A stretch of DNA of 64,000 nt from the NCBI GenBank assembly GCA_958415525.1, contig CATYZE010000003.1:66671-130670 (forward strand), read 5' to 3'. This DNA comes from an uncultured Collinsella sp. (GTDB taxonomy: Bacteria > Actinomycetota > Coriobacteriia > Coriobacteriales > Coriobacteriaceae). A program made the translations under genes and the position numbers. Under the pieces are notes generated by a model. That model made no database searches and was not told where the DNA came from. It saw nothing but the letters and a program-made list of their open reading frames with translations. This document shows positions 1 through 8,572 of the stretch, piece by piece; position 1 is the stretch's first letter; the number at the start of each line of letters is the position of its first letter.

Positions 1-124
1 TGATGGTGGCGTCGACGATCCACTGAACCATGGGCTTGCCCAGGATCTTGTGCGAAACCTTGCAGTGGTTCGACTTCATGCGGGTGCCCTCGCCGGCGGC
101 GAGGATAATTGCGGTTGCGTCCAT
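1..124 (-). CDS. glmU: GlmU (UDP-N-acetylglucosamine pyrophosphorylase / GlcN-1-P acetyltransferase), first 41 codons only; gene runs off the left edge
   Basis: Reverse complement of 1-124 translates to [41 protein letters not shown]. This carries the LAAGxGTRMKS nucleotidyltransferase signature typical of GlmU N-termini. Absent from the ORF track because it is truncated. Confidence 0.7.
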   Translation of the reverse strand, partial: MDATAIILAAGEGTRMKSNHCKVSHKILGKPMVQWIVDATI

Positions 125-317
125 GTGATCTCCTGTTACGTTATAGAGACGTGTGTTTGGAAACGATACACGGCGCAATATGATACCGCAGGTATATGAT
201 GAGCGCGTAACGATTGGTTTGCGGCGGTTGAGGCTTGCGCCGCCGGTGTGGCGTTTGCGCTGGTTGTGGGCGGTGCCGGCAGTGCTTCGGCGTCGGTGAT
301 TTGGCGGGAGAGCGGGG

Positions 318-1211
318 ATGCCTATGGACAACATGCGAGAGGGTTTGGGCGCCGAGCCCGTCGCGGCATTCTCGATGTCGCATCCGGCGGTGCCGGCACT
401 CTATATAGTGTTAACGCTGGGACTCACCATGTTCTCGATGCAACCGGTGTTAATCGCGCTGTCGCTTGCGGGCGGGCTGGCGTATGGATTTGCGATGCGC
501 GGGGCCGCCCGCACGCTGAGCGCACTGCGCTGGCAGCTGCCGGTGATTTTGATTATCGCGCTGGTCAACCCGCTGTTTAGCGCATCGGGCTCGACGGAGC
601 TGTTCCGCATTGGCATGCACGCGGTGTATTTGGAGAGCATGGTGTACGGTCTGTGCATGGGCGGGCTGTTTGTGGCGAGCGTGCTGTGGTTTGAGGCCGC
701 GGCGTCGATGCTCGAATACGACAAAGTGCTGGCGCTGCTGGGCAACGCCGCGCCGGTGATCGCGCTCATGATCTCGATGTGCATGCGTCTGATCCCCCAG
801 TTTTTGCGCTGCGGTCGCACCGTGCTGGCGGTGCAGGACGCAATTGATGTGCCGGGACGCGCGCCCGCCGATCCCGTGCGCTCGCGCCTGCGGGCGTCGA
901 GCGTGCTGATGGGTTGGGGCATGGAAGATTCGCTTGAGCGTGCGGACGCCATGCGCTCGCGCGGATGGGGTGCCACGTCTCGTCGCACGACGTACGCTCG
1001 GTATCGGTTGAAGCGCAGCGATGTTACTGCGCTGGTGGGGCTTGCGTTGTTTGGTGCCGCCGCGGTTGCGGTGGCGTGGACCGCGACGACGCAGTATTCG
1101 TTTTACCCGCAGCTCTCGGTGCCGGCGCCCTGGCCGGGCTATGTTGTATACGCTGTCTGGATGGCGCTGCCTTGCGTGTTGCGCGCGATTGACGAGAAGA
1201 GGTTTGGCTGA
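318..1211 (+). CDS. ECF transporter transmembrane (T) component, EcfT/CbiQ family
   Basis: 297-aa polytopic membrane ORF with an Ala-Arg-Gly-type coupling motif context ([11 protein letters not shown]). Its stop overlaps the ATG of the downstream ABC ATPase (TGATG at 1209-1213). The start could instead be the internal ATG at 375. Confidence 0.75.
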   Translation: MPMDNMREGLGAEPVAAFSMSHPAVPALYIVLTLGLTMFSMQPVLIALSLAGGLAYGFAMRGAARTLSALRWQLPVILIIALVNPLFSASGSTELFRIGMHAVYLESMVYGLCMGGLFVASVLWFEAAASMLEYDKVLALLGNAAPVIALMISMCMRLIPQFLRCGRTVLAVQDAIDVPGRAPADPVRSRLRASSVLMGWGMEDSLERADAMRSRGWGATSRRTTYARYRLKRSDVTALVGLALFGAAAVAVAWTATTQYSFYPQLSVPAPWPGYVVYAVWMALPCVLRAIDEKRFG

Positions 1212-2854
1212 TGGCTCGGTTTGATAGGAGCTCGGCGGCGGGTGTGGCATATGGCTCGGCCGCGCCGGCGATTGAGGTGCGAGGCCTTAGTTTTGCCTAT
1301 CCCGGGGCCGAGACACCGGTGCTCGAGGGGCTCGACTGGTCTGTTCCCCAAGGTGCATTTGCGCTGCTTGTTGGCGGTACCGGATCGGGTAAGTCGACGC
1401 TGCTGTCGCTGCTCAAGCCCGAGATCGCTCCGGCGGGCGAGCGCACTGGCGATGCGCGCGTGCTGGGCGAGAACGTTGCCGACATGGACGTGCGGGCATC
1501 GGCGGAGCGCGTGGGCTATGTGTTCCAGGATCCCGAGAACCAGATCGTGTGCGAAACCGTGTGGCACGAGATGGCGTTTGGCCTGGAAAACTTGGGGCTA
1601 GCGCGTGATGAGATGCGCCGTCGTGTTGCCGAGACTAGCTATTTCTTTGGGTTGGAGGATTGGCTTCACCGCGATACCGACACGCTTTCGGGAGGTCGCA
1701 AACAGCTACTGTCGCTGGCGGCCGTTCTGGCACTGCGCCCGCGTGTGCTGCTGCTCGACGAGCCTACGTCTCAGCTGGATCCCGTTGCCGAGAAGAATTT
1801 TCTGCACGCGCTGTTTCGCGTGAACCGTGAGTTGGGCTGCACGGTGGTTGTGGCCACACATCAGCCGCGGCCGATGCTCGAATATGCGACGTGCGCGTAC
1901 CGGATTGAGGGCGGTCGGGTGCGCGAGGTGGCGGATATGGCTTCTTTAGGACGCCGAGAATCGCTGTTTTCCGATGACATGTTGGGGTGGGGTGCCATCC
2001 GATGTGCAAAAAACGGAGTATTCAGCAGGCGTGAGGACAATTTGGGCTCTCTGGAGCCGTCCGGGGACGTATCGAGCGCGAAAAAAAGTTTGGAATTGGA
2101 CAAATCGTCCGAATTTGTGGCACAAACGTCGCTCGAGAACGGCTCGGAAGCCTTCCTGCGCACGGATGGAAGCAGAATACTCCAAAAAATGCACGGTGGG
2201 TCGGCCACCACCCTGTCGGAGGGCTGGTTTCGCTACGATCGCGCGGGCGGTTGGGTGCTGCGCGGGCTCGACGTGAGGTTTTCTGCCGGTGCGGTGCATG
2301 CGATTGTGGGCGGAAACGGCTGCGGCAAGTCGACGATGCTCTCGGTGCTGGCCAAGACGGCTAAGCTGCAGCGTGGCCGCATGGTGCGTGGGACGGCTTC
2401 GGCGGCGCTGCTGCCTCAGAATCCCAAGGCGTTGCTGGTTGCCGAGACGGTGCACGACGAGCTGATGGAATGGGCTTCGACCTGCGGATATGACGAGGCT
2501 GTGGCGCGGGAGCACGCGGCGAGCCTGGGGCTGTCGGGCCTGGATGGGCGCCACCCGTACGATCTTTCGGGCGGACAGCGTCAACTACTGGCGTTGGCAA
2601 AGCTGCTGCTGATTGGCCCCGAGCTGCTATTGCTCGATGAGCCCACCAAGGGTCTAGACCTGGCCAGCCGCCGCATTATCGCCCACGCCCTGCGTGACCA
2701 TGCGAAGGCTGGCGGCACCGTCATCATGGCTACGCACGATCTGGATTTTGCCGAGCAGGTTGCCGATGACATTGCCATGATGTTCGATGGCGAGATTGCC
2801 TGCATGGAGCCGCCGGCCGATTTCTTTGCCGACAACGTGTTTTATAGGGCGTGA
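1211..2854 (+). CDS. ECF transporter ATPase, fused EcfA-EcfA' (two nucleotide-binding domains joined by a low-complexity linker)
   Basis: Two Walker A motifs (GGTGSGKST, GGNGCGKST), two ABC signatures (LSGGRKQ, LSGGQRQ) and two Walker B motifs (LLLDEPTS, LLLDEPTK). Confidence 0.9.
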   Translation: MARFDRSSAAGVAYGSAAPAIEVRGLSFAYPGAETPVLEGLDWSVPQGAFALLVGGTGSGKSTLLSLLKPEIAPAGERTGDARVLGENVADMDVRASAERVGYVFQDPENQIVCETVWHEMAFGLENLGLARDEMRRRVAETSYFFGLEDWLHRDTDTLSGGRKQLLSLAAVLALRPRVLLLDEPTSQLDPVAEKNFLHALFRVNRELGCTVVVATHQPRPMLEYATCAYRIEGGRVREVADMASLGRRESLFSDDMLGWGAIRCAKNGVFSRREDNLGSLEPSGDVSSAKKSLELDKSSEFVAQTSLENGSEAFLRTDGSRILQKMHGGSATTLSEGWFRYDRAGGWVLRGLDVRFSAGAVHAIVGGNGCGKSTMLSVLAKTAKLQRGRMVRGTASAALLPQNPKALLVAETVHDELMEWASTCGYDEAVAREHAASLGLSGLDGRHPYDLSGGQRQLLALAKLLLIGPELLLLDEPTKGLDLASRRIIAHALRDHAKAGGTVIMATHDLDFAEQVADDIAMMFDGEIACMEPPADFFADNVFYRA

Positions 2855-2858
2855 TGGG

Positions 2859-3572
2859 ATGACGGATTATCGCGTCGCGCGCCTACTCGCAAAACTGGAG
2901 ATACCGCTGCTGCTGGCGGTTCCCGCAGTGATGGCTGCGGCGTTGCTGGCAGGCGCTGAGCAGGCGGCGCTTGCCATGCTTGTCGTGGTGGCGCTGGTGC
3001 TCGTGCTGTTTTTTGCGGGCTACGAGGCGTCGCGACCGGGCCTGCGCCAGATTATGCCAACGCTGGTTCTGGCGGCGTTGGCCGCGGCGGGGCGCATCTT
3101 GTTTGGCCCCATTCCCGACTTTAAACCCGTGAGCGCCATCGCCATTATCGCCGGGGCGACACTCGGTCGTCGTAACGGCTTTATGGTCGGTGCGCTGGCG
3201 GCGCTGACCAGCAACTTCTTTTTTGGACAGGGCATGTGGACGCCATGGCAGATGTATGCCTGGGGCCTGGTGGGCTATATCGGTGGCGCGCTGGCGCATG
3301 CGGGCGCGTTCGACCGTGCGGATGGAACCGTGCGCATGCCGGCGCTGATGGCGTACGGCTTTGCGTCGGGCCTGCTCTATGGAGTTGTAATCAACGCCTA
3401 CGACATCATCGGTTTTGTGCAGCCGCTTACGTGGGCGGGAGCCGTGGCGCGTCTTGCCACGGCAGTGCCGTTCGATATCACACACGGCCTTGCGACCTGC
3501 GTGTTCTTGGCTGCTCTCTACAAACCTTGGTGTCGACGGATCAACCGCGTCGTCGTGAAGTACGGACTGTAG
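2859..3572 (+). CDS. Polytopic membrane protein, putative ECF substrate-capture (S) component; substrate unknown
   Basis: In-frame ATG at 2859 (MTDYRVARLL...) lies just after the ATPase stop. About 6 hydrophobic helices. Position directly after the T and A-A' genes. Family assignment rests on context only. Confidence 0.55.
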   Translation: MTDYRVARLLAKLEIPLLLAVPAVMAAALLAGAEQAALAMLVVVALVLVLFFAGYEASRPGLRQIMPTLVLAALAAAGRILFGPIPDFKPVSAIAIIAGATLGRRNGFMVGALAALTSNFFFGQGMWTPWQMYAWGLVGYIGGALAHAGAFDRADGTVRMPALMAYGFASGLLYGVVINAYDIIGFVQPLTWAGAVARLATAVPFDITHGLATCVFLAALYKPWCRRINRVVVKYGL

Positions 3573-3618
3573 TGGCGGTTGCGCCGGGACGAGAATCAAT
3601 ACTGCCTTGGTGTCATAT

Positions 3619-3773
3619 CAAAACTATGCCGGTTTACGGGGCTGGATTGACGCAGACCGACCATACCGGCATTTTTCGAAAATAGACGAGCCGTCTACCT
3701 GCGGTTTTACTTTGCTCGAATTGCGCGTGGTTGGTGGGTACGCGATTCAGCCCCGTAAACCGGCATAGTTTTG
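3619..3773. repeat. 155-bp MITE-like palindromic element (family A, copy 1) with 19-bp perfect terminal inverted repeats CAAAACTATGCCGGTTTAC
   Basis: Left arm 3619-3637, right arm 3755-3773 (exact reverse complement). The interior shares the core CTACCTGCGGTTTT...GTGGTTGG with the elements at 3876-4034 and 32314-32468. Confidence 0.8.
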
Positions 3774-3875
3774 GAATGGCCGGCTGATATGACGGGCATC
3801 GTGGACCTCAAGAGCCTAATTGATCCGTTTTCTTCCGTCCCCAGACGCCCCCAGGGAATCAGTTGACGGCGCTCG

Positions 3876-4034
3876 CCACGAAACTGGCCCATCTACTACG
3901 TTTAGCCTGTTACCCCTGACCATGACCGTGCTTTATGAAAAACCGCAGGCTTTCTACCTGCGGTTTTCTCTTTGCGCTGTTCGCTGTGGTTGGGGGGTAG
4001 TGGCTTTAACGTAGTAGATGGGCCAGTTTCGTGG
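3876..4034. repeat. 159-bp MITE-like element (family G) with 27-bp perfect terminal inverted repeats and an internal terminator-like hairpin
   Basis: CCACGAAACTGGCCCATCTACTACGTT at 3876-3902 is the exact reverse complement of 4008-4034. Central hairpin AAAACCGCAGG-ctttcta-CCTGCGGTTTT at about 3939-3967. Confidence 0.8.
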
Positions 4035-4108
4035 CGGATGGGCCGCGTGGATGCCCTCGCGAGGTGAAAACGATCCCTTTTCCTCCGTCCCCGAGGGGTC
4101 GGTTGGGG

Positions 4109-4927
4109 CTAGAGCTCTAGGGCGAGGGTGACGGGGCAGTGGTCGCTGCCAAAGATATCGCCACGGATGCCGGCGTCGCGCACATTGCCGGCGATTGCGT
4201 CGCTCACCAGGAAATAATCGATGCGCCAGCCTGCGTTGTTCTTGCGGGCATTAAAGCGGTAGCTCCACCAGCTGTAGACGCCTTCGACGTCGGGGTTTGC
4301 CGCACGCCAGGTATCGGTAAACCCGGCGTTGAGCAGCTCGGTAAACTTGCCGCGCTCCTCGTCCGAAAAGCCGGCGTTGCCGCGGTTGGACTTGGGGTTC
4401 TTAAGGTCGATCTCCTCGTGCGCCACGTTAAAGTCGCCACAGGTTACGACGGGCTTGCCGGTTTCGCGCTCAAGCGCGCTCAAAAAGCCGCGATAGGCAT
4501 CGTCCCAGGCCATGCGTACATCAATGCGCGCGAGCTCATTTTGGGCGTTAGGCGTGTAGACATCCACAAACCAAAACTTGTCGAACTCGAGCGCGCAGAC
4601 GCGGCCCTCGGTTGTGGCTTGGGCGACGAGCTCGGCCGCCTCGCCCTCGCCGGCGTAGGGCAGCAGCGCGTCGGCGTGCAGCACGCGCAGCGGTTCCTGG
4701 CGGCTAAAGACCGCGGTGCCCGAATAGCCTTTACGCTCGGCGTAGCTCCAGGTTTGATGATAGCCGGGCAGGTCAATATCGACCTGGCCCTCTTGCAGTT
4801 TGGTCTCTTGCAGCGCCAAGATATCGACGTCGAGTTCTTGCGCGATCTGGATAAAGCTCGGGTCCTTTTTGAGAACGGCGCGCAGGCCGTTGACGTTCCA
4901 CGAGGCGAAAGTGTAAGTCTGAGGCAT
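4109..4927 (-). CDS. xthA: Exodeoxyribonuclease III (AP endonuclease, EEP family)
   Basis: 272 aa. N-terminus MPQTYTFASWNVNGLRA, C-terminal GSDHCPV motif. Typical ExoIII length. Confidence 0.9.
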   Translation of the reverse strand: MPQTYTFASWNVNGLRAVLKKDPSFIQIAQELDVDILALQETKLQEGQVDIDLPGYHQTWSYAERKGYSGTAVFSRQEPLRVLHADALLPYAGEGEAAELVAQATTEGRVCALEFDKFWFVDVYTPNAQNELARIDVRMAWDDAYRGFLSALERETGKPVVTCGDFNVAHEEIDLKNPKSNRGNAGFSDEERGKFTELLNAGFTDTWRAANPDVEGVYSWWSYRFNARKNNAGWRIDYFLVSDAIAGNVRDAGIRGDIFGSDHCPVTLALEL

Positions 4928-5040
4928 GGTGTCCTTTCGACGGGGTTGGCAGGCTTAAGATTAGCGCAACAGGGGCGGGGCGTAGTCCGCGAGTGATAGT
5001 GCGAACGCCGCCGTCCCGGAGACACGGACGGAGAACTCAT

Positions 5041-5793
5041 ATGACGCAGGCAATAACGGATCCCAAGCAGGCCTCCGCCGCGCTGGCGGAGCTGTTCGGC
5101 ACCCACAAGCGCGTGGTCTTCTTTGGCGGCGCGGGCGTTTCCACGGCGAGTGGCATCCCCGATTTCCGCAGCGTGGACGGCCTGTACCACCAGCAGTTTG
5201 CCTACCCGCCCGAGACCATGCTCTCGCATAGCTTTTATGAGGCGCATCCGGCCGAGTTCTTCGACTTCTACCGCACCAAGATGATCTCACTTGGCGCCAA
5301 GCCCAACCGCTGCCACACCAAGCTGGCCGAGCTGGAGCGCGCTGGCAAACTAAATGCCGTGGTGACGCAAAACATCGACGGCCTGCATCAGATGGCAGGT
5401 TCGCAGCGCGTGTTCGAGCTGCACGGCTCGGTCCATCGCAACATTTGCCAGTCGTGCGGCGCGGTCTATAACGCCGAGTGGATTTGCTCGCGCGAGCACG
5501 AGGACGCCGCGGGCGTGCCTGTGTGTCCTGCGTGCGGTGGGCGCATTAAGCCCGATGTGGTGCTCTACGAGGAGCCGCTCGACGAGCACGTGCTGACCGG
5601 TGCCGTTGCCGCCATCGCTGCGGCCGATGCCCTCATTGTGGGCGGGACCTCGCTCGTGGTGTATCCGGCGGCGGGCCTTACGCGCTACTTTACCGGCGAT
5701 ACGCTGGCCATTTGCAATCTTGCTCCCACCGATCAGGATGCAAATGCCGACCTGCTGATTTCTTGCGACATCGCGGCCGCGTTTGCGTTCTAG
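5041..5793 (+). CDS. cobB: NAD-dependent protein deacylase, Sir2 family
   Basis: GAGVSTASGIPDFRS, QNIDGLH, and a zinc ribbon (CQSCG...CPACGG). I prefer the ATG at 5041 (MTQAITD) over the upstream start given in the ORF track. Confidence 0.9.
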   Translation: MTQAITDPKQASAALAELFGTHKRVVFFGGAGVSTASGIPDFRSVDGLYHQQFAYPPETMLSHSFYEAHPAEFFDFYRTKMISLGAKPNRCHTKLAELERAGKLNAVVTQNIDGLHQMAGSQRVFELHGSVHRNICQSCGAVYNAEWICSREHEDAAGVPVCPACGGRIKPDVVLYEEPLDEHVLTGAVAAIAAADALIVGGTSLVVYPAAGLTRYFTGDTLAICNLAPTDQDANADLLISCDIAAAFAF

Positions 5794-5881
5794 CCCGTGT
5801 GCGCGGATACAATAGAAAGACTAATTGCAAAGCAACCCCGCCACCTGCGCCCGAGCGCGGCGGCGCGGGCATTTTAGGAGG

Positions 5882-7615
5882 ATGTTCATGGCGAACGATA
5901 GCAAGACATGGCGGTGCGGAAAGTACGAGCTCAGCTTTGACCGCCCGCGCATCATGGGCGTCCTCAACGTGACGCCCGATTCGTTTAGCGACGGCGGGGA
6001 GCACTTCGACCCGGATGCCGCCATCGAGTACGGCCTGGCGATGCTCGACGCCGGCGCCGACATCATCGACGTGGGCGGCGAGTCCACGCGCCCCGGCTTT
6101 ACCCCGGTCAACCCCGACGAGGAGGCTCGCCGCGTGCTGCCCGTGGTGCGCGCGCTGGCCAAAGAGGGCGCTGTCGTCTCGATCGACACGCGCCACGTGG
6201 CGGTTGCCAAGGCGGCCGTGCGCTGCGGCGCCTCGATCGTCAACGACGTGACGGGCTTCACCGATCCCAAGATGGTCGAGTTTGTCGCGACGAGCACCTG
6301 CGGCGTCATCGTGATGCACGCCGGCGAGGTCGCGGCGCCCACGCGCGCGCATGCAACGGTGCAGCTCGATACCTCGGCCGCGGCGTTTGTTGCCGAGAAG
6401 GCGCGCGAGGCGGCCGCCGAGGCTGCGCGCGAGGCCGAGAAGCCTGCCCGCCGCCGTCGCGGCAAGTTGCTGGGCGAGCCCAAGACGGAGGCTAAACTGC
6501 CGGGAGGCGTGGTGCAGCCCTCGCTGCCGTTTGGCGATCCGGAGCCTGCGCCGGAGCCCACGGACGAGCAGAAGCAAGAGACACCGGCCGCCGAAGAGGC
6601 CGCCCCTGTCGCCGAGGCAGGCGCGACCCCTGAGCCCGCGCCGGAGCCCAATGATCACCTGGCGGCCATGATGCGCCGCAGCGCCCGCCGCGAGGAGGCC
6701 TACGTGCCCACCTCTCAGCTCCGCCGCTTTACCCTGCCCGATTCGGCGCCCATCATGCGCCGCGTCATGGGCTTTCTGTCCGATCAGGCCCGCGCGCTCA
6801 TCCACGCCGGCGTGTCGCGCGACCGCATCTGCATCGATCCGGGCCCGGGCTTTGGCAAGACGGCCAACGAGGACATCGTCATCCAGCGCGAGACCGCCAA
6901 GATGGCGTCGCTGGGCTATCCGCTCATGTGCGCCGTGTCGCGCAAGCGTTTTGTGGGCGCCGTCTCGGGCGTGACCGAGGCCGCCGCGCGCGATGCCGCC
7001 ACGTTTGGTGTGTGCCTGGGCGCCATCCAGGCCGGTGCCAACATCGTGCGCGTGCACGACGTCGCGGGCTTTGCGCAGTTCCTGAACGGTTACTGGGCTG
7101 TCGCCAAGCCGCAGCCGCGCCGTGCGTTTGTGGCCGTGGGCTCCAACCTGGGGCATCGTTGCGACAACATCCGCGCCGCGCGCGACATGATCGCCGAGAT
7201 TCCGCTCACCTGCGTGTCCAACTGCTCGCGCATCTACGAGAGCGAGCCGGCCTACGAGACGCGCCAGGACGCATTTGCCAACGCCGTCATCGAGATTAAG
7301 ACCGAGCTGGCGCCGTTGGTGCTGCTCGACGAGCTTTTGAAGATTGAGGCCGAGCTGGGGCGCGACCGCTCCAAGAAGGCCAAGGTCAACGGCCCGCGCA
7401 CCATCGACCTGGATCTGCTGTGGATGGACGGCGAAATCCACGGCGGCAAAAAGCTGCGCCTGCCGCATCCGCTCATTGGCGAGCGCGACTTTGTGCTGGT
7501 GCCGCTCGAGGATCTGATGCACGACCCGGCGCGGTTCTTCCGCTACAACGGCGTCGAGGTCAAAGAGCCCGAGGACCGCGTGGGCCATATCGTGGGCGAA
7601 TTGGGGCGTATGTAG
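5882..7615 (+). CDS. folP-folK: Fusion of dihydropteroate synthase (FolP) and HPPK (FolK), with a large low-complexity insertion inside the FolP domain
   Basis: N-terminal RIMGVLNVTPDSFSDGG and IDPGPGFGKT (DHPS). C-terminal AFVAVGSNLG...GPRTIDLDLL...LPHPLIGERDFVLVPL (HPPK). GGAGGA RBS immediately upstream of the ATG at 5882. Confidence 0.85.
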   Translation: MFMANDSKTWRCGKYELSFDRPRIMGVLNVTPDSFSDGGEHFDPDAAIEYGLAMLDAGADIIDVGGESTRPGFTPVNPDEEARRVLPVVRALAKEGAVVSIDTRHVAVAKAAVRCGASIVNDVTGFTDPKMVEFVATSTCGVIVMHAGEVAAPTRAHATVQLDTSAAAFVAEKAREAAAEAAREAEKPARRRRGKLLGEPKTEAKLPGGVVQPSLPFGDPEPAPEPTDEQKQETPAAEEAAPVAEAGATPEPAPEPNDHLAAMMRRSARREEAYVPTSQLRRFTLPDSAPIMRRVMGFLSDQARALIHAGVSRDRICIDPGPGFGKTANEDIVIQRETAKMASLGYPLMCAVSRKRFVGAVSGVTEAAARDAATFGVCLGAIQAGANIVRVHDVAGFAQFLNGYWAVAKPQPRRAFVAVGSNLGHRCDNIRAARDMIAEIPLTCVSNCSRIYESEPAYETRQDAFANAVIEIKTELAPLVLLDELLKIEAELGRDRSKKAKVNGPRTIDLDLLWMDGEIHGGKKLRLPHPLIGERDFVLVPLEDLMHDPARFFRYNGVEVKEPEDRVGHIVGELGRM

Positions 7616-8317
7616 ATGATTGAGATGAATACTGTAGCCGCTGGCACTGAGCTCGACGCCGCGCGCGACGCGGGTCGCGAGGGCATGTCCGCGGGCTGGT
7701 GCGCTTGGAGCGCGGGCGAGGCGTCGTTGACGTTTTCGCTGGTCGTGCGCCCGGACGTGAACATGCATGCCTTCCACGGCCTGCCGTTTGTGGCGGCGAT
7801 GGGTATGATGGATGCGCTCGTGGGCACGGCTGCGGTACCGGGGCTGGGCCTTGCCGGCAAGGTGGGCATTCAATGGCCGAGCGACATTGTGTGCGGCGCG
7901 CCCACGTTTGAGACGTCGTTCGCGCGCGTCGCCGTCAACGGCGGCGCCGGTGCCGCGGGCATGTTCGGTGCCGTGACGGTGGATATCGAGCGTTCGGCGT
8001 TGAGCGAGCTTTGTGTGGATGTGGCAGACGAAGCGCTGGTCGAAGAGTTGGCCGCCGCCGTGCTGACCCGCGTGGACGCCTGGGCGGCTGTTGCCAACAC
8101 GCCGCAGGGCGCTGCCGGTCCGCTGGCCCCCGTGCTGGGCGAGTACTTCGACATGGTGCCGCTGCTGGGCCGCCAAGTTGCGGCGGTGTCGCCCAACGGT
8201 TTGCCGCTTGCGGTCGGTGTGTTTGCGGGCCTGGACATCTGGGGCCGCGCGACCATCAAGACCGATGCCGGCGAGCAGGAGTTTCCGCCCGAGGCCGTAC
8301 GGATTCGCGGGCTGTGA
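7616..8317 (+). CDS. Biotin-protein-ligase-like (BPL/LPL catalytic fold) protein, degenerate
   Basis: IQWPSDIV aligns with the BirA KWPNDL motif, and LTFSLVVRP with the xLxxSxxLRP motif. The GRGRxGR biotin loop is not intact (AGREGMSAGW). The ATG directly abuts the folK stop. Confidence 0.5.
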   Translation: MIEMNTVAAGTELDAARDAGREGMSAGWCAWSAGEASLTFSLVVRPDVNMHAFHGLPFVAAMGMMDALVGTAAVPGLGLAGKVGIQWPSDIVCGAPTFETSFARVAVNGGAGAAGMFGAVTVDIERSALSELCVDVADEALVEELAAAVLTRVDAWAAVANTPQGAAGPLAPVLGEYFDMVPLLGRQVAAVSPNGLPLAVGVFAGLDIWGRATIKTDAGEQEFPPEAVRIRGL

Positions 8318-8352
8318 CGCAGGGCGCCAGCGCTCAAAGGCAACGATGACAA

Positions 8353-8390
8353 CAGAAGCTCTCCTCGGCTTGCGCCGGGGAGAGCTTCTG
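8353..8390 (+). terminator. Stem-loop after the BirA-like gene (12-bp stem, no clear T-run)
   Basis: CAGAAGCTCTCC (8353-8364) pairs with GGAGAGCTTCTG (8379-8390). Confidence 0.35.
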
Positions 8391-8420
8391 TGTGACCCGA
8401 GAGAATGGCCGCGTCGGCTT

Positions 8421-8459
8421 TATTCCTCAAAACTGAAAATTTTTCGTTTTTGAGGAATA
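8421..8459. repeat. Family B hairpin repeat, copy 1 (TATTCCTCAAAA-N15-TTTTGAGGAATA)
   Basis: 12-bp perfect arms at 8421-8432 and 8448-8459. AT-rich centre that is itself nearly palindromic. Confidence 0.85.
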
Positions 8460-8505
8460 GGATTAACGCGGCTCGGCCTTTTGCGAGGTATATTCGCTAC
8501 AGAGG

Positions 8506-8546
8506 CTATTCCTCAAAACTGAAAATTTTTCGATTTTGAGGAATAG
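8506..8546. repeat. Family B hairpin repeat, copy 2 (CTATTCCTCAAAA-N15-TTTTGAGGAATAG)
   Basis: 13-bp perfect arms at 8506-8518 and 8534-8546. Ends 27 bp upstream of the ATPase ATG. Confidence 0.85.
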
Positions 8547-8572
8547 CGATAAAAGACCGCGAGGAGGCCTCA

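Noticed and set aside
125-317. Riboswitch upstream of the ECF transporter operon
   Set aside because: I could not recognise any vitamin-responsive riboswitch consensus (THI, FMN, cobalamin, preQ1, THF). The only structure is a GC hairpin without a T-run.
5690-8176. Very long antisense ORFs: 5690-8176(-), 23405-25480(-), 28278-30074(-), 34602-37382(-), 37440-39215(-), 41272-42450(-), 48544-49734(-), 51944-54481(-), 55568-56923(-), 56964-59000(-)
   Set aside because: Each lies opposite a gene with clear family motifs. Their translations are Arg/Ala/Gly/His-rich with no recognisable domains. These are the typical shadow ORFs of high-GC DNA, where stop codons are rare.
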